A model generated the notes under the pieces. That model had not been told where the DNA came from, searched no databases, and was given only the letters and a program-made list of their open reading frames with translations. Below, in pieces: positions 25,026 to 39,119 of a DNA stretch of 64,000 nucleotides (positions are counted from its first letter, which is position 1; the number at the start of each line of letters is the position of its first letter). A program made the position numbers and the translations under genes. Location of the stretch: positions 80,724,001 to 80,788,000 of the forward strand of contig NC_043003.1 of the NCBI RefSeq assembly GCF_006345805.1, given 5' to 3'. The stretch is from Octopus sinensis. Its lineage: Eukaryota.

Positions 25026-26678
25026 ATCCACTCTAGCATACACATATGATTTTTGATTGATTTTTCCAGTTTCAGCTAATGAGCTGTGGCCATACTGGGG
25101 CACCGCCATATACACACATATCGAGGTTGAATTTGTATAGGAAACGACTTGATATCTGACCAAATGTTGAAGTAATTATGTCGTATAATAGGTATTAAAA
25201 TAATTAAAAAACACTCAAGACTGTTAATTACACTTCGAGTGTATTTTATAGGTAGACAACAAAGTGCAACGGTGGTACTTACTATGTCGCGGCTGAGCAA
25301 CGAGAACTGGGGCTTCTTGAAATAATTTCGAATTTACTTTGAAATTTTGGGTATTATATATACGTAGAAAGACCGTTCTTTTATCGTACTAGTGAAAGGA
25401 ATACTCAGTATATGTTGTAGATTATATAACTCGTTGACAGCGAATATGGATTTATTGTATCTCCCGACTGGATTTTCATGCTGCTGCGAGTTTCATGCGA
25501 GTATTCATAGTTTCAGCCATTCTCTCTTGAAGCTCGCAGTAGCGAGCAACTCGAGTAACGAGTTAAAATGCAGTTCAAAAATACAGTGTGTGTATGTATA
25601 TTGTTAAAAACACATGCGTTTACATATGGGGTGGAGGTGGAGGCGTAGGCCATTTGTTGTGTTAGTCGTTATAGTCTATACCATGCAATACTGCGGCCTA
25701 TATCTCCCTTTATAACTTGCATTTACCATTAAAACATAACGCAAAAGCTACCTTACTGTTTTATGCGGTTGCTTCAATAGATTCTATGAATTACATACTG
25801 AGTGAAACGTGAAAATTCTAAGATCTAACTCTTTTAAGACCTTTAAAAAATCCAATATTTCTTGTATCAAACGTATTAACACAGAGGAAACCAGTGTCTA
25901 CATAGTTACACACAGAGTAGTAACCCTTTAAACTGGTGGCATGTTGCACTTTACCTGAATTCTAAAAGATCAGGAACATTCTATAATCTTAGTTGGAAAA
26001 ACCATTCAGTCAGACTTGATTTGAACTACTCAACGTATTAAAATGCTTGGAATTTGACGATAACGAAATTCTACATAGTGTTGAATATGGTGATGTCTAA
26101 CTCTTGTTTCAATATATTTATCACATTAAGAGATATGAGTAACACTATTGCATTCCATAATGGGTTCATATCTATATATTCTTGAAGACATATCCCAATT
26201 GATTAATTGCTTCCGTTTTATTAATGCAAAAACTTCAATTACTGCTAGCTGAAGTAGGAGTCTAAACTAAATCTAGTTTCCTTTCCTCTACAATATTTAA
26301 AGTTAATAGCTACGTTATATTTATATAATTGTTTTGTAACATATCCTCTGTTTGGTAAACGTACGATACACATTGTGAATGCTTCATCTGAACTAAGTCA
26401 GAAATATATCAGTTTATATCTGAGTTAATGAGGCTACCACTAATTTTATATAGACTTCTTAACGCCAAAGTAGAGAATATTTATCCATCAATGCGGTGTT
26501 GAACACTGTGCGATATTAGGGTGTACACGCGCACACACACATATGCATATATATATATATATCTATATATATATATATATACACATACATATATGTTCCT
26601 GTCTAGATTACTCAATATGGAAACGCATCACGGAAAATGCTTCCTATTTTAAATATTTAATGATCTGCATATGACTAT

Positions 26679-26915
26679 TCTTTTACTTGTTTCAGTCATT
26701 TGACCGTGGCCATGCTGGGGCACCGCCTCTAGTCGAGCAAATCGACCCCAAGATTTATTCTTTGTAAGCCTAGTATTTATTCTATCGAACCCTTTGCCGA
26801 ACAGCTAAGTTACGAGGACGTAAACACACCAGCATCGGTTGTCAATCGATGTTGTGGGAAGACAACAAACACAGACACACAAAAATATACACGCACATAC
26901 ATACATATATATATA

Positions 26916-26960
<45 letters not shown>

Positions 26961-27123
26961 TACGACGGGCTTCTTTCAGTTCCGTCACCCAAATCCACTT
27001 ACAATGCTTTGGTCGGCCCAGGGCTATAGTAGGAGACACTTGCCCAAGATGCCACGCAGTGGGACGGAACCCGGAACCATGTGGTTGGTAAGCAAGCTAC
27101 TTACCACACAGCCACTCCTACGC
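26679..27123 (-). mobile_element. SINE family A
   Basis: TCTTTTACTTGTTTCAGTCATTTG....CTTACCACACAGCCACTCCTACGC. Confidence 0.92.
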
Positions 27124-27807
27124 TGTGAGGGTCATTTTCCTGGAATGGCACTGATATACCGCTATAACGTAATGTGGCACTGGGAGCTTGCATCTTGATG
27201 GCATTTAAAACTATGTTTGATGTCTTCTACAGAATTGTGACATAATTGTGACAGCCACTCCTGCGCCTATGGCTATAAAGCTATGCGAGTAGTTCGGTTG
27301 CAAATATTATCAAACGGTGTTTTAATTTTATCTTTATACACCATGTGCTTAAATTGTCTATGCTCTCCCCGAGCACCTGAAAATATGGTTTAAGTACATG
27401 AAAGACGATACCATTGATGCCTAAACGTTTAAATGAGAAAATTTGCTCCTCACTTTGAAGTTACTTAATCTGAAATCTCCGTTTCAAACTACATTCATAA
27501 TTTAATACAAATTGTATGAAATGTGTTGTTGTTGTTGATGAGTCCCAGATCAAACCACATAGATAAACTCGTTTCCGAGGCATTTCAGGTTTAACAATTC
27601 CGATATCTTTATCGAGCTGTGGCCTACATTATATAAGGTTTCATCAATTTTAAAGAGAGCAGAGTGTAATTTGGAGGTGATTTGACTAATATTTCTTGCT
27701 GGCAAACATACACGTACAGTGACAATCAGATATGCAGTCATGTAATTTATGAGGTAAACAGTGTCAGTAGTTAGTTTATAAATTGCACGAATGAACGTTT
27801 ATTGACA

Positions 27808-27872
27808 TTCTTCCTCGAGGATAAACACGTTTGTAAATCTTGACAAACAATTTATCCGTTCATCAGGAAGAA
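27808..27872 (-). ncRNA. Degenerate hammerhead-like motif (GAAA/stem III segment missing)
   Basis: UUCUUC-CUGAUGA-AC-GGAUAAA...UUUAUCC-UCGAG-GAAGAA. Confidence 0.4.
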
Positions 27873-28339
27873 ACAGTTCAACACTTGGATGTCAAAGATG
27901 GTAAAGCTGGTTGGTCACACATCAGCTTTCTCGACAAAGAATACAATACATCAGAGAAATTCGTTATATAAAGAAACATATCTACAGGTAAGAGAACGTG
28001 AAATTATGGTTTAGAATAGAGACTAGTCTAATGATATGTCTCTGATCCAAATATCAATTAAATACGAAACAGATAGTGTGAGATAGTGCAATGCATAATA
28101 TGAAGGTACAATAATGAAAAGTTTAACATCTTAATACCAGCATATTATTACGTACTAAAATCAATACTCAGGAGCATACAATTTTGTCAACAGAAAATAA
28201 CCTGATCATGAATGTTTCTCACACACAAAGAATAACATTTAAACACAAGAAACAGACACAAAAGTCACATGCGTGCACATATCAACAACTCTAATTCACA
28301 ATGACACACGAATACATATGTAAATGAGCTTATACATAC

Positions 28340-28398
<59 letters not shown>

Positions 28399-28724
28399 TT
28401 ACTCGTATTCTGTAGTATGCCTTCACGAAGTACGCCTTACAATCTACTCCTATACACGAAATGCATATAATTGCTTATAACTGTGTAATTCAAGAAGGGA
28501 TTGGCTGCATAGTTATTATCACGAGTCTAATATTATTAAAAATTATCTTAAGAGCAATTACTGATTTTTCGAATACATTTAATAACTACATTTCAGCATG
28601 TTACATAAGAACTCGTTTGGCAACCTCTTGATATGTACGTATTATAAGCACTCGAAATATCATTAACTGCTTTTGTGGCAATTTACATATCTCTCTCTCT
28701 CTCTCACACGCTCATTCACTCTCT

Positions 28725-28763
<39 letters not shown>

Positions 28764-29065
28764 TCATACACGTTCACACACAAACACAAGCTCTCACGTG
28801 TACACGCTCGTATACACACATAAAATTGTACGTTAATATCGAACAGTACAACGAGTGCTCAACACACTGTTGGTGGATAAATATTCTATATTTCTGGGTT
28901 AACAAGGCTACAATCGGTTTCAAATGAGAGAAATCTCTAGTTGAAAACAAAATTAAATCGCATGATATTGCGGAGGACTTTCGGATAAAGAAAAGATAAA
29001 CTGACACGAGGGAGCACCTTCCTACCTTGTCAACCCTCCAGTCTAAACGGGTTCTTCTCCAAACA

Positions 29066-29550
29066 TCTATATATATAAAACTCAACTTGTGTGTCTGTGT
29101 GTGTATCTGTGTGTGTGTCTGTGTTTAACTTCCCGGCACATCTCCTAGCCAACAAATCATAGAACCACCAAAAATGGGTCACTTATAGTTTAGGCGAATG
29201 AAAATTGAACTGCGCTATTTCTGTTCCGAAATTCTTCTCGCAAGTGCAAAAATCGATAATGTGTTTCTTTAGGCCTTATCCCATGCATTGAATAGTGAAC
29301 TTTACTCAGTACACCACGCGTGCAAGCATGCGTAAATTGCATGAAAAATAAAAAATCATGATATAAAAACGAATCGCCGTAAACATTGTAGAAATTCGGT
29401 AAAGAAAGGAATTTTCGGGATGGAGCCTGGAGGGTTTTTTCATATTAATCGTTCGTTTGAACATTGTGAACACATACTAATTGTTTTCATAACATTTTTG
29501 ACGTTTTGAATTAAATGTGACCATTTTCCAAAGCCGGGCAATACTGCTAG
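29066..29550 (+). mobile_element. Non-autonomous Helitron
   Basis: A|TCTATATATATAAAA start and 3' end GCCGGGCAATACTGCTAG|T, matching the termini of the 11.3-12.6 kb Helitrons. The left arm of the hairpin is lost. Confidence 0.78.
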
Positions 29551-29631
29551 TAAATTATAAATAGTATATGAACTATATGCATAAAAGACACATGAACGCG
29601 TATAATTATACTGAGCCCTCTCATTACATGG

Positions 29632-29668
<37 letters not shown>

Positions 29669-29876
29669 ATAAAATACAAAATGGGACAAGAACGCAAAAC
29701 ATCCGGACAACTAGGTGATACAAAAAGGAAAAACAAAACATCCAGATAGACGATACAAAAAAAAAACACGGACGGGTCATTCGAAGCCTTTTATCTTCAG
29801 TCAAGAACCGGATCATCCTCGCAATTTCGGCTGATCTATATATATTCTTTCTATTATAGTCGATATGATCAACACC

Positions 29877-30097
29877 TATTTCTTTACTACCCACAAGGAG
29901 CTAAACACAATGGACAAACAAGGATAGACAAACGGATTAAGTCGATTATATCGATACCAGTGCGTAACTGGTACTTATTTCATCGACCCCGAAAGGATGA
30001 AAGGCAAAGTCGACCTCGGCAGAATTTGAACTCAGAACGTTGCGGCAGACGAAATACTGCTAAGCATTTCGCCCGGCGTGCTAAGGTTTCTGCCAGC
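29877..30097 (-). mobile_element. SINE family B with 17-bp TSD
   Basis: TCGATATGATCAACACC at 29860-29876 and 30098-30114 flanks the element. Confidence 0.92.
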
Positions 30098-33000
30098 TCG
30101 ATATGATCAACACCAGTGCACAACTGACGAAGGGAATGTTATTTATGTAGCCTGTCTCGTTTCTATATTTGTTTCTTTCGTTGTTAAAAAAAAAGTTCGT
30201 TTTCCATGCTTTTGTTTTTATGCTCTCGTTCGTCATTTATTCACGGTTTTGTGACGGTATAAACAGTAGCTGCAAGACAATGTGAAGTATATTTGCCAGT
30301 TAAATGTGGCTAACCACGAAGAGTTGATGCTACTGTTGCTTGTAGCCCCAAGAGAAAATCTACTCCTTAGCGTTTAGCCACTTTTAAGTGGCAGACATAC
30401 GTCATTTATATATTTATATATATATATAAACACAAGAAACGCACTCACAAATACATACATATATATATACTTATATACATATATACTTACACATTCACAA
30501 ACACAGACCCACACACACACACATACACACAGGTGAACAATACTTGTATACTGTACACAGCTGTCTATTTAAATATATTGCTAATGAGTGAAGCAAGACA
30601 TATACAGGAACATAATGCTAATATGTATACACAGACAAAATACAGTAGTCATAAACAAAAATCCTCTTGTGAATGTTAACATATAAATCTAACACACAAC
30701 TGAATTTCCATGATTTACATCACATTAATCTGGCAACGGCACATAATGTGTATACGAACTTGGTTTCATACTCATAGTAAGTTATAAGTTATGCATTTAT
30801 CGCACCGTCTGAATATATATGCATATTTGGTTTTAATTTATATTAATAAGATGATGCTATTCATTTAATCACTGTCTTAAAATCTCATACAACACTTAAA
30901 CTATAATATGTATATAAAAATTTTTAAAACCAGTAAATTATGGTATATGACGCTATTTTTTTCTATAAATGAAATATACAATAAACTAGTTCATAGTAAT
31001 AAATATAGTATTCTTCTATTGTGGTTGAAGAAAGATTAACATACTTTTGATAGGATTAGGTGAAAATAGAGGTGTAGAAAGAAAATGTATTTATAGCGAA
31101 GGTGAGATACTCAGGAGTCGATAGGGCAAATTAGTTCAGTCGACTTTGACACTGATTCCATTATCTGAAGCTAGAAACGAAGACTGTTTTATATGGCACA
31201 TTATATGTGAATACACGGAGTCGACCCATTCATAAGTGAATAGTTTGTGTTAGACAAATCGATTGGTCCCTGCTGAAATTGTTGCATATCATAGATGATG
31301 GGTTTCGCAAATGAAGAGAAATCCTTAGAGTAAGAAGAGATTCAAGAAATAAATTGAGAAATCTTTCTTCACAATAACATTTCTGCTAGCGTGGAAACAA
31401 TTGATGATATCCGTTCAAGATTCATGACTAAAGAGACGCAGGAAATTAGTTCATTTGAGAAGTGCAAGCAGTTCAACATTGGCTATAGGATTTTATTTTT
31501 TGCTTATGAAAAGCAAAGTGATCGATAAGCAAGTTGTATCCCTTCTGAACTGAATGAATTATTTCACTAAAGATAGATAAATATCGAACATTCTCGTGGA
31601 AAGCAATATTAAAGCATTTTATTTATCGTCTGTAATGTCTCATTTTCACATAGCAAAACATCAGGAACGTTGAAATACCTCTTTAGAAGTATTATTCCCT
31701 ACCATTTTCGAATGGAAGCTAAATTGTGTTTTCTTTGCTGAGCAAACAATCTAGTTAATATCTGCATTGCATAGTAATATGGCAATTTATCTTCAAATTA
31801 TAGGTTTACCATTTAAAATTCAACATGCATTTAATAGGATTCCATATCAAATACATGTTTTCTAAATTTGCCTCATTTTTGGCAAGTCTATTCTCGTATA
31901 GTCTTCTTTAGATAGGAATGTGAATGATGGAAACTTTGTGGAAATGCTTCATGTATACTTATGATTTGTGAATGTCTGCATGGTCGTCTGTTTGAATGTA
32001 TGTATATCAACTTTAAATTTGCTGTATTTTTCTTCAGAAAATTATCTGATTTTCAAATTTAGAACGATTACATAAGGACTGAAATGAAATACGTACAGGG
32101 TCGATGTGACCGAATCAAACAGCTGAAGACCTCGCCCTATCATGGTCGCCGTGAAACGAACAGAACAAGTAAAATCATGCTCTCTGTATGTATTGCTGAA
32201 TATATCTATTGATTTTAATCATAGATTTCTATGATCTACTCAGATGAATGTTTATCAATTCGTAATTTGGACAGATTATTTCTATACGTTTGAATGCTTT
32301 TATTAAACAGAAAGTGTAATGAGGTCTTATTTAAACTGATTGTATAGAACCTAGTTACTTGTGTATGAATACCGGTATCAAAATCGTTGTTGTGTATAAA
32401 ATTATTTTAGCCACCCAAAAATCAGAATCAATGAAATAAGGAACATAACAAAATAGATGTTAGAGTTGAGAAGATGGACGAAAATCCTTCAAATCATCGA
32501 TCCATTCATCTGACTGAAACTAGTAAACAAATAAACCAATAAAGTATAGTCACTCTGGTCTATACATATAAATTAAATATTGCATATGTTACGTAATTTA
32601 GCGATTATTAAGAAGGGACCACCTCACGGCCATTTCACCTGCTGGAAATTGCAATCCAATTTCCCGTTACATCATATCTAGTCGTCATATGTATGAAAGA
32701 CACAATGGATTAGGTAGTCAGGGTATTCTGAGTCGCAATAAGAGATAGAATAGTTACAGGCTGAATGTTTTTGATCATGGAGCGGGCCTCCTCAGAGATA
32801 TCCCATTAATCAACACTAACAAGGTTCTGGATGACTGATGTGAACTGCAAAATGTTAGAAATGCATATTAGTAAAGAATATACATATATACCTATATGAT
32901 CGATGTCAACGAATAGACATCCATATAACAGCTAAACCGGTAGAAATAACGGCTAAATTTCCTTCAGATCATATTTTAATAACTTCAAAATTGTGGGATA

Positions 33001-34667
33001 CATTGGATAATGTATTCGTGAATATAATGACGAAATTAAACACAAAATGGTCTTTTTTTAGTTGTAGGCTGGTTCAATCATTGCCGACTACAATATTTCT
33101 TCGACTCAGCACATTCCAAATGAAAAACATCTGAAAATTCCAGCGATAAAGAATAGTTACTGAAAAGGGTGTTTTAAGAGAATATGATTATTAAATGAAA
33201 ATAAATCGAAAACTTATAATCAATACACAGATGTAGGTAGATACACGCATACACAAACATCATTTTTTGAGATACATATGCGCAAATGCACTCACGCTGG
33301 CGCACACACACACACACACACGCACACACACACACACATATACGCTTACGCACACATGCAATTCACTTTATACATGAAGTTGATGTAGCATGCGTCAGCG
33401 TCGTGTATGCATGTGCATGTGAGCGCGTGCTTATGTATTTGCATGTCTGTATCTACGTGTCTGTATATGTATATATATATGTGTGTGTGTGTGTGTCTGT
33501 GTCTGTGTGTGTGAGCGCGTGTGTGTGTGAGTGTATAGACACATACAAATACATAAGCAACCACATAAGAATTTCATATATATATATATACACCCGCACA
33601 CACACGCACACACACACGTATATATACAACTAGGAAATTCCTACAAACAATACATATCGCGGGAGTTTGAATAAAATAAGTAATGGCATAAACATTTAGC
33701 TGGTTCCATAGCTAAGATAAGCAAAAGGAAAAAAAATATTCCCATACAAATATGCAAAACACTTCATCCAATGTATCTGGATCGACCCTAATTTCTATCG
33801 CTCAACGGTACGTGTATCTATAAAATATTAGTTTATTGATCTTAAGTCGATCTTGTTCGTGACAAAAGAAAAGAGAAACAGTTATACTGGGATATTGAAT
33901 ATCATTTTAGAAAGAAAACGTTTTTCGCAAGCTATGCATGTATTCAGGCACCTAGCAAGACGTATTTCTACGTTACTATTTAAATATATTTGGAATCTAA
34001 AAGATATTTGTTACTAACTATGGCACATGGCCACAGATTTCAGTGGTAACTGTTAAGTGATTAATTCGGTCCCAGTATATGTCAGGTAATATATTTTCCC
34101 GACTCAGTGAAATGTCATGCAAAGCTTACCTATAGGTTTGAGTTCATAACATACCAAAACTCATTTCACCTAACTCTAACGAATCGCTGCCTAGAGTATA
34201 GAAGTTTATATTTACAATTATAAGATTGATTCTCTCTGTATAGAGTATGTCTCTTCCTATATAAATATTTTCATAAAGTACGATCACCGCCTTCTGAAGT
34301 ATAGCATTCTATCGTAACCTTTTAAACAAAATATCTAAATTTTTCCATTGTAGCGAATCTGTCAGACAATGACATTTATTGAGGAATTGCCAATTGGCTA
34401 CTAAATATTAATTTCTATGCAATGGTTTCATGATTCCTTCAGAGATGGGTATATATTGGAGAAAAATATTCGCATACTCATGAACATTCATTAACAAAAT
34501 TCGTTTTTGCTGATGACGGTGCTGCAGGGAACAAAACACGACGCACATTCTAATGGATTATTTGGCAATAAATCGAATATTGATGTGGTCTTCTAAAAAG
34601 ACATGTTGTCCTTTATCGTTTAAACAAACGAACCTGATGATCATAATTATGCTTACAGTACATCCAG

Positions 34668-34668
34668 C

Positions 34669-34708
<40 letters not shown>

Positions 34709-34741
34709 TTATTATTATTATCATCATCATCATCATCATCA

Positions 34742-34820
<79 letters not shown>
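34668..34820. repeat. (ATT)n/(ATC)n microsatellite
   Basis: Seen directly. Confidence 0.95.
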
Positions 34821-35284
34821 GAGCAAGTGAGCAGTGCATGCCATCAAAACGACACTGGGGTAAAATATACGAAACCTTCGATCTTTTTTTGTATTGCTAG
34901 ATCCGCTTAGGAGGTCTATTGACATGGTTGGTCCTTTTTGTGTCGTCCTGATACTTAGTTGAGCAGCTACAAATTTAGCTGTGAAATAGATAAGGTTATC
35001 TAAGGTTATTAGGTTATTTCCCTTATTTCTTAAGATCTGTCTGAGAGCAACATTATATATCATGATGGTGTGGCTATTTCTTATCCTGTATGAAGGTTTT
35101 TTAGCGGTTCTTTGTGTCATATCTATTCTGGCTTTCTTGTGGTAGGTCAACTTTGTCCTGTTTTCCCGTATTTCTGTTCTTCGCTATTCCTTCTTCAGCT
35201 TTCTCGTTGGGATGTACTGCTCAGTTACCCATTTCATTTGTATTGTTGCTGTTTTCATTTGGTCTGTCATGAGACATTTTGAGA

Positions 35285-35357
<73 letters not shown>

Positions 35358-35884
35358 GAGTGAGAAAGCAGTTCATGCCATCAAAGTGACACTGGGGTAA
35401 AATATACCCGTCTGATAAGGGTACACCAAGCACATGCATCACAACCATATGTGCGCGACATGGTGATCTCATAAAAAGATAAACAGCACATGACCTTGCA
35501 GGTGGGGCCCAGTTAGAATTTTCTTCAGGTTGAGTAGCCCATCCCGCTCAAAAGGTCCCTGAATAAGGGTTGTTTAAGGATGTTGAAAGAACCACCCATG
35601 TTTCCAGATGTGAATTATTCAAACCCCAAAGAATCCCTCTCAACACATGGCTATGATGCTGCCCCACTACTTCTGCTGGTGATCAGAGATGCACATATCG
35701 TCAGCCACTAAGGGACATGCTCAACTGGTTAAAGTCAAACAACTGACAAGCAAATCTGTGGTATTGAGCAGAATATTTGCTGTAGCCCATCTTTTATACC
35801 AAGACAAAACAATGTACATGATAACACTTCCAATCAGTTAAGATCAGAAGCCATGAGAGCCACTGCCTGGTCCTGCATCAGGGC

Positions 35885-35886
<2 letters not shown>
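35358..35886 (-). mobile_element. ~530-bp non-coding element embedded in (AAT)n (putative non-autonomous Dong partner)
   Basis: Flanked by (ATT)n on both sides. Homologous copies at 35945-36358 and 47617-48175, and a stub at 34821-34877, all begin right after (ATT)n. Confidence 0.8.
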
Positions 35887-35934
<48 letters not shown>

Positions 35935-35944
35935 TATTATTATT

Positions 35945-36358
35945 GAGTGAGAAAGCAGCGCATACCATCAAAGTGACACTGGGGAAAATATTCGAAAACC
36001 AGTATACCCATCATGACTACCCATCTGATAAGGGTGCACCAGGCACATGCATCACAACCATGTGCGCGACATGATTTGATATCAAGATAAACAGGACATG
36101 ACCTTGCAGATGGGGCCAGTTAGAATTTTCTTCAGGTCGAGCAGCCCGCCCTGCTCAAAAGTTCCCTGAATAAGGTTTGTTTAAGGAAGTTGAACGAAGC
36201 ACTCATGTTTCCAAACGTGAATTATTCAAACCCCAACGAATTCCTCTCAACACATGGCTATGATACTTTCCCCTCTACTTCTGCTCATGATCAGAGATGC
36301 ACTTATCGTCAGCCACTAAGCGACATGCTCAACTGATTAAGCGACATGCTCAACTGAT
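35945..36358 (-). mobile_element. Second copy of the ~530-bp (AAT)n-associated element, truncated
   Basis: GAGTGAGAAAGCAGCGCATACCATCAAAGTGACACTGGGG... ends in a 21-bp tandem duplication (36317-36358). Confidence 0.8.
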
Positions 36359-37600
36359 TATGTTTGACTTTTGCTTTATGTTTGTACAAGTTGGCTCCAA
36401 GTCTCACCCAGAGACCTCAAGAGACAACAGGTTGGAAGTTCTGTGCCATATATTTGGGGTTTTTTTGTGTTGTACTAGTGAATGCCTAATATATAAAAAT
36501 AAAATTTAAAAAAAGTTTGTTTTAAACCTTGGGATTACATACAGAGTATTTTGCGTAGGATATGAGCAGTTCCCATGAGCACTATCTTTTGAATTTCTGC
36601 CATTTTGGGGTTTCCTGGTATCTGAGTTAGGTAGCAATCAGTCACTTTCGCTATCATTCCCAGGGCACCTATGACAACAGGTATTGTTTTAGTCTTCAGC
36701 TTCCACATTTTGCTGATTTCTATTTCAAGATCTATATATTTGCTCAGTTTTTGGTAGGTCTTGACAGATACGTTTATATCGATTGGGACAGTCATATCAA
36801 TGAGGAGGCATGTTCTTTGTCTGAAGTCTTTCAATATGATGTCTGGCCTATTTGCATCTATCTTCCTGTCAGTTTGAATGGTGAAGTTCCAGAAGAGTGA
36901 GATGTGGTCATTTTCAAGCACTGGAGGTGGATTGTGTTCCCACCAGTTCTTTTCATGGGGCAAATCCAGGTTTTTGCAAATTACCCAGTGAATATATTGT
37001 GCAGCTCTATCATGCCTATTGAGGTACTCTGTAGGCGCTAGAAGACTGCATTTGGAGACAACATGATCAATGGTTTCATTTTGTTGTCGGCATACACGAC
37101 ATGTTGGGCTACTGCCGTTCTTTAATATGTTGGCCTGGTAGTTTCTTGTTGGTAGGCATTGATCTTGAGCTGCTATGATAAACCCCTCTGTTTCAGATTT
37201 TAAGCCAGAGGCCATTAGCCATTGATGTGTCAGGGCTTTGTCGATATCTGCATTATTCGCTCTCTTTGGGTATTTGCCATAGAGAGGTTTTTCTTGCCAT
37301 TTATTATTCAGAATATCTAAGGTCGCAGTTTTGGCACGGGTTTTCATGCGCCTAGCTTTTTCTGTGCTTGTTTCTTGTATGTCTATCTCTAATTCCGAAA
37401 TTGGTTGTATTCGGAATTCACTTAGATATTCCTTTGCCTGTTTTGTGACTGAGTATGATGCTTTCTTGTTTTCATGTTTTGAGACAAGTTTTAACATCCA
37501 GTCCTCAGATTGTTTCAGGTAGGTGTCTAGGCCAATTGTAACAATCTTCATTGTTATTGCCAGTTGTTGGAACACTGTAGTCAATATTTCTAGCACAATT
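36359..37600 (-). mobile_element. R4/Dong-type LINE 3' end with uninterrupted CCHC plus REL endonuclease frame
   Basis: ORF 36535-37614: WLMASGLKSETEGFIIAAQDQ, CRVCRQQNETIDHVVSKC, RHD, RPDIILKD, LIDMTVP, KLSKY, IQKIVLMGTAHILRK. The 3' UTR runs to 36359. Confidence 0.93.
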
Positions 37601-37799
37601 TCACGTGCATTCACACGGCTACCTTGTCATGGCAATGTTTGTACTTTTTGGGCAGGTTTCGAAAATTCAATCATTATATGTCGAAACGTTTCATATGATT
37701 TTGTCTACACAAATGCGATACTCCTGTCTTATCATTGCCAAAGTTTTTTGAGTTGTTTCGTACTTGTTTTTAAACAGTACTTCCGTTTCCTTCTTTAAA

Positions 37800-38680
37800 A
37801 AAAATCATATCTTAACCATCTCCATCTTCATCAGCTTTATCCTGTGTTTATTGGAGTAACTCTCCGTGCAGTGCCTTCTCTTTCCAGTTGATAATTCTTT
37901 CTCTATAACATCAAAAATTGTATACCTGGAAAGTTTAACCATGGTCACCTTCTCAGTTGGCACAGCCTGCAACATTCTCTCATCACTATTCTTCAGGTAG
38001 ACATGCAAAGACTTTTATCCCACTTGACAAGGTCTTTCTTTGTCCATTCCACAACCCCTGCGTAGTAATGCATCTCACCTACAGCCCACACTTTGATGTC
38101 TGTAAATCAAGTTCCCTCTATTTAGCTTAGAACTACATAGCATTTTAAACCTTCATATTAAGAAACTTTTTCTCCTTCAATTTTGAAACAAATAAGTCAT
38201 AGTTTGACCAAATCTTGCTCCATGACGAAGTTGCTTCTTTGAGATAAGGTAGCCCTGCTTCTTCCCTATCTCCACCTTGCATTGTCTTGTAGAACAGCTT
38301 CTGATTTCTTCTAAACAGTTGATTTTGTTTAAACTGTAGAATATTCCTCGCATCTTTTAATCTTAACTCCACTCGCTTTGATCTTTGTTTTAATATATCC
38401 GTTATATATGATATTTCTTATTCATCTAATTCTGTTCTCTTTCATTAAGCTTCATATTTCCTCTCCTTACTTCCTCGATTTTCGTTAAATCCTTCCGCCA
38501 AATATTGATGCTTTCTTTTATTCTCCTTTTCCAGATTGGTTCTTTGTTTCTTCGTAATTTCTTTTGTCTACACTTTCCCATCTTCTCTGTGATGACATAA
38601 ACAATGGCATACATCAATGAATTTAAATCAGTGATATCCTTAATAGGGTATTTCATAACAACTTCATTTACGTCTATTAC
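37800..38680 (-). mobile_element. R4/Dong-type LINE internal fragments (N-terminal ORF region)
   Basis: ITDLNSLMYA..KEPIWKRRI, QFKQNQLFRRNQKLFYK..EATSSWSKIWS. Confidence 0.75.
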
Positions 38681-38729
38681 TATTGTTGTTGTTTGTCGTC
38701 GTCGTCGTTGTTGTTGCTGTTGCTGTTGT

Positions 38730-38763
<34 letters not shown>

Positions 38764-39119
38764 ATTGTTGTTCAACATTTAGTACACTCAGGTAAATTTC
38801 TACTGCATCACCTGCTACACCTCCGTGCTGCTGCATTGTGTGTTCTTTTCTGTTGTTTGGAGTGTGCAAAACCCTTCCTGTTACTGCATTACATCAGCCA
38901 TTCTTCTCTTGAGGTGTGGTGCAGTCTGTTCTTGTATTATTGCTTGCGTTGTGTGTAGAGTGTGTAATGCGTTGGTTATCTAGTTTGCTGGTGAAAGTTT
39001 ATTTCACTGGATAATTGCTGTAGAGATTGTGGGTTGTTTTGTTTAGGTTGTATTATTGGATCGAAACATGTGGGTTGTTTCTAACAGGGCTATTTTTTTG
39101 CATAGTGTGTAGTGCTGAG

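Noticed and set aside
29765-29835. Minus-strand GCCGAAA...AUC...CUGAAGA as a permuted (type II) hammerhead
   Set aside because: Stem I is very weak and stem II needs a large bulge, so it is not supportable from one copy.
36535-37614. 359-aa ORF as a host gene
   Set aside because: It is the C-terminal part of a truncated Dong/R4 ORF with its 3' UTR. A paralogous decayed copy lies at 48366-49026.
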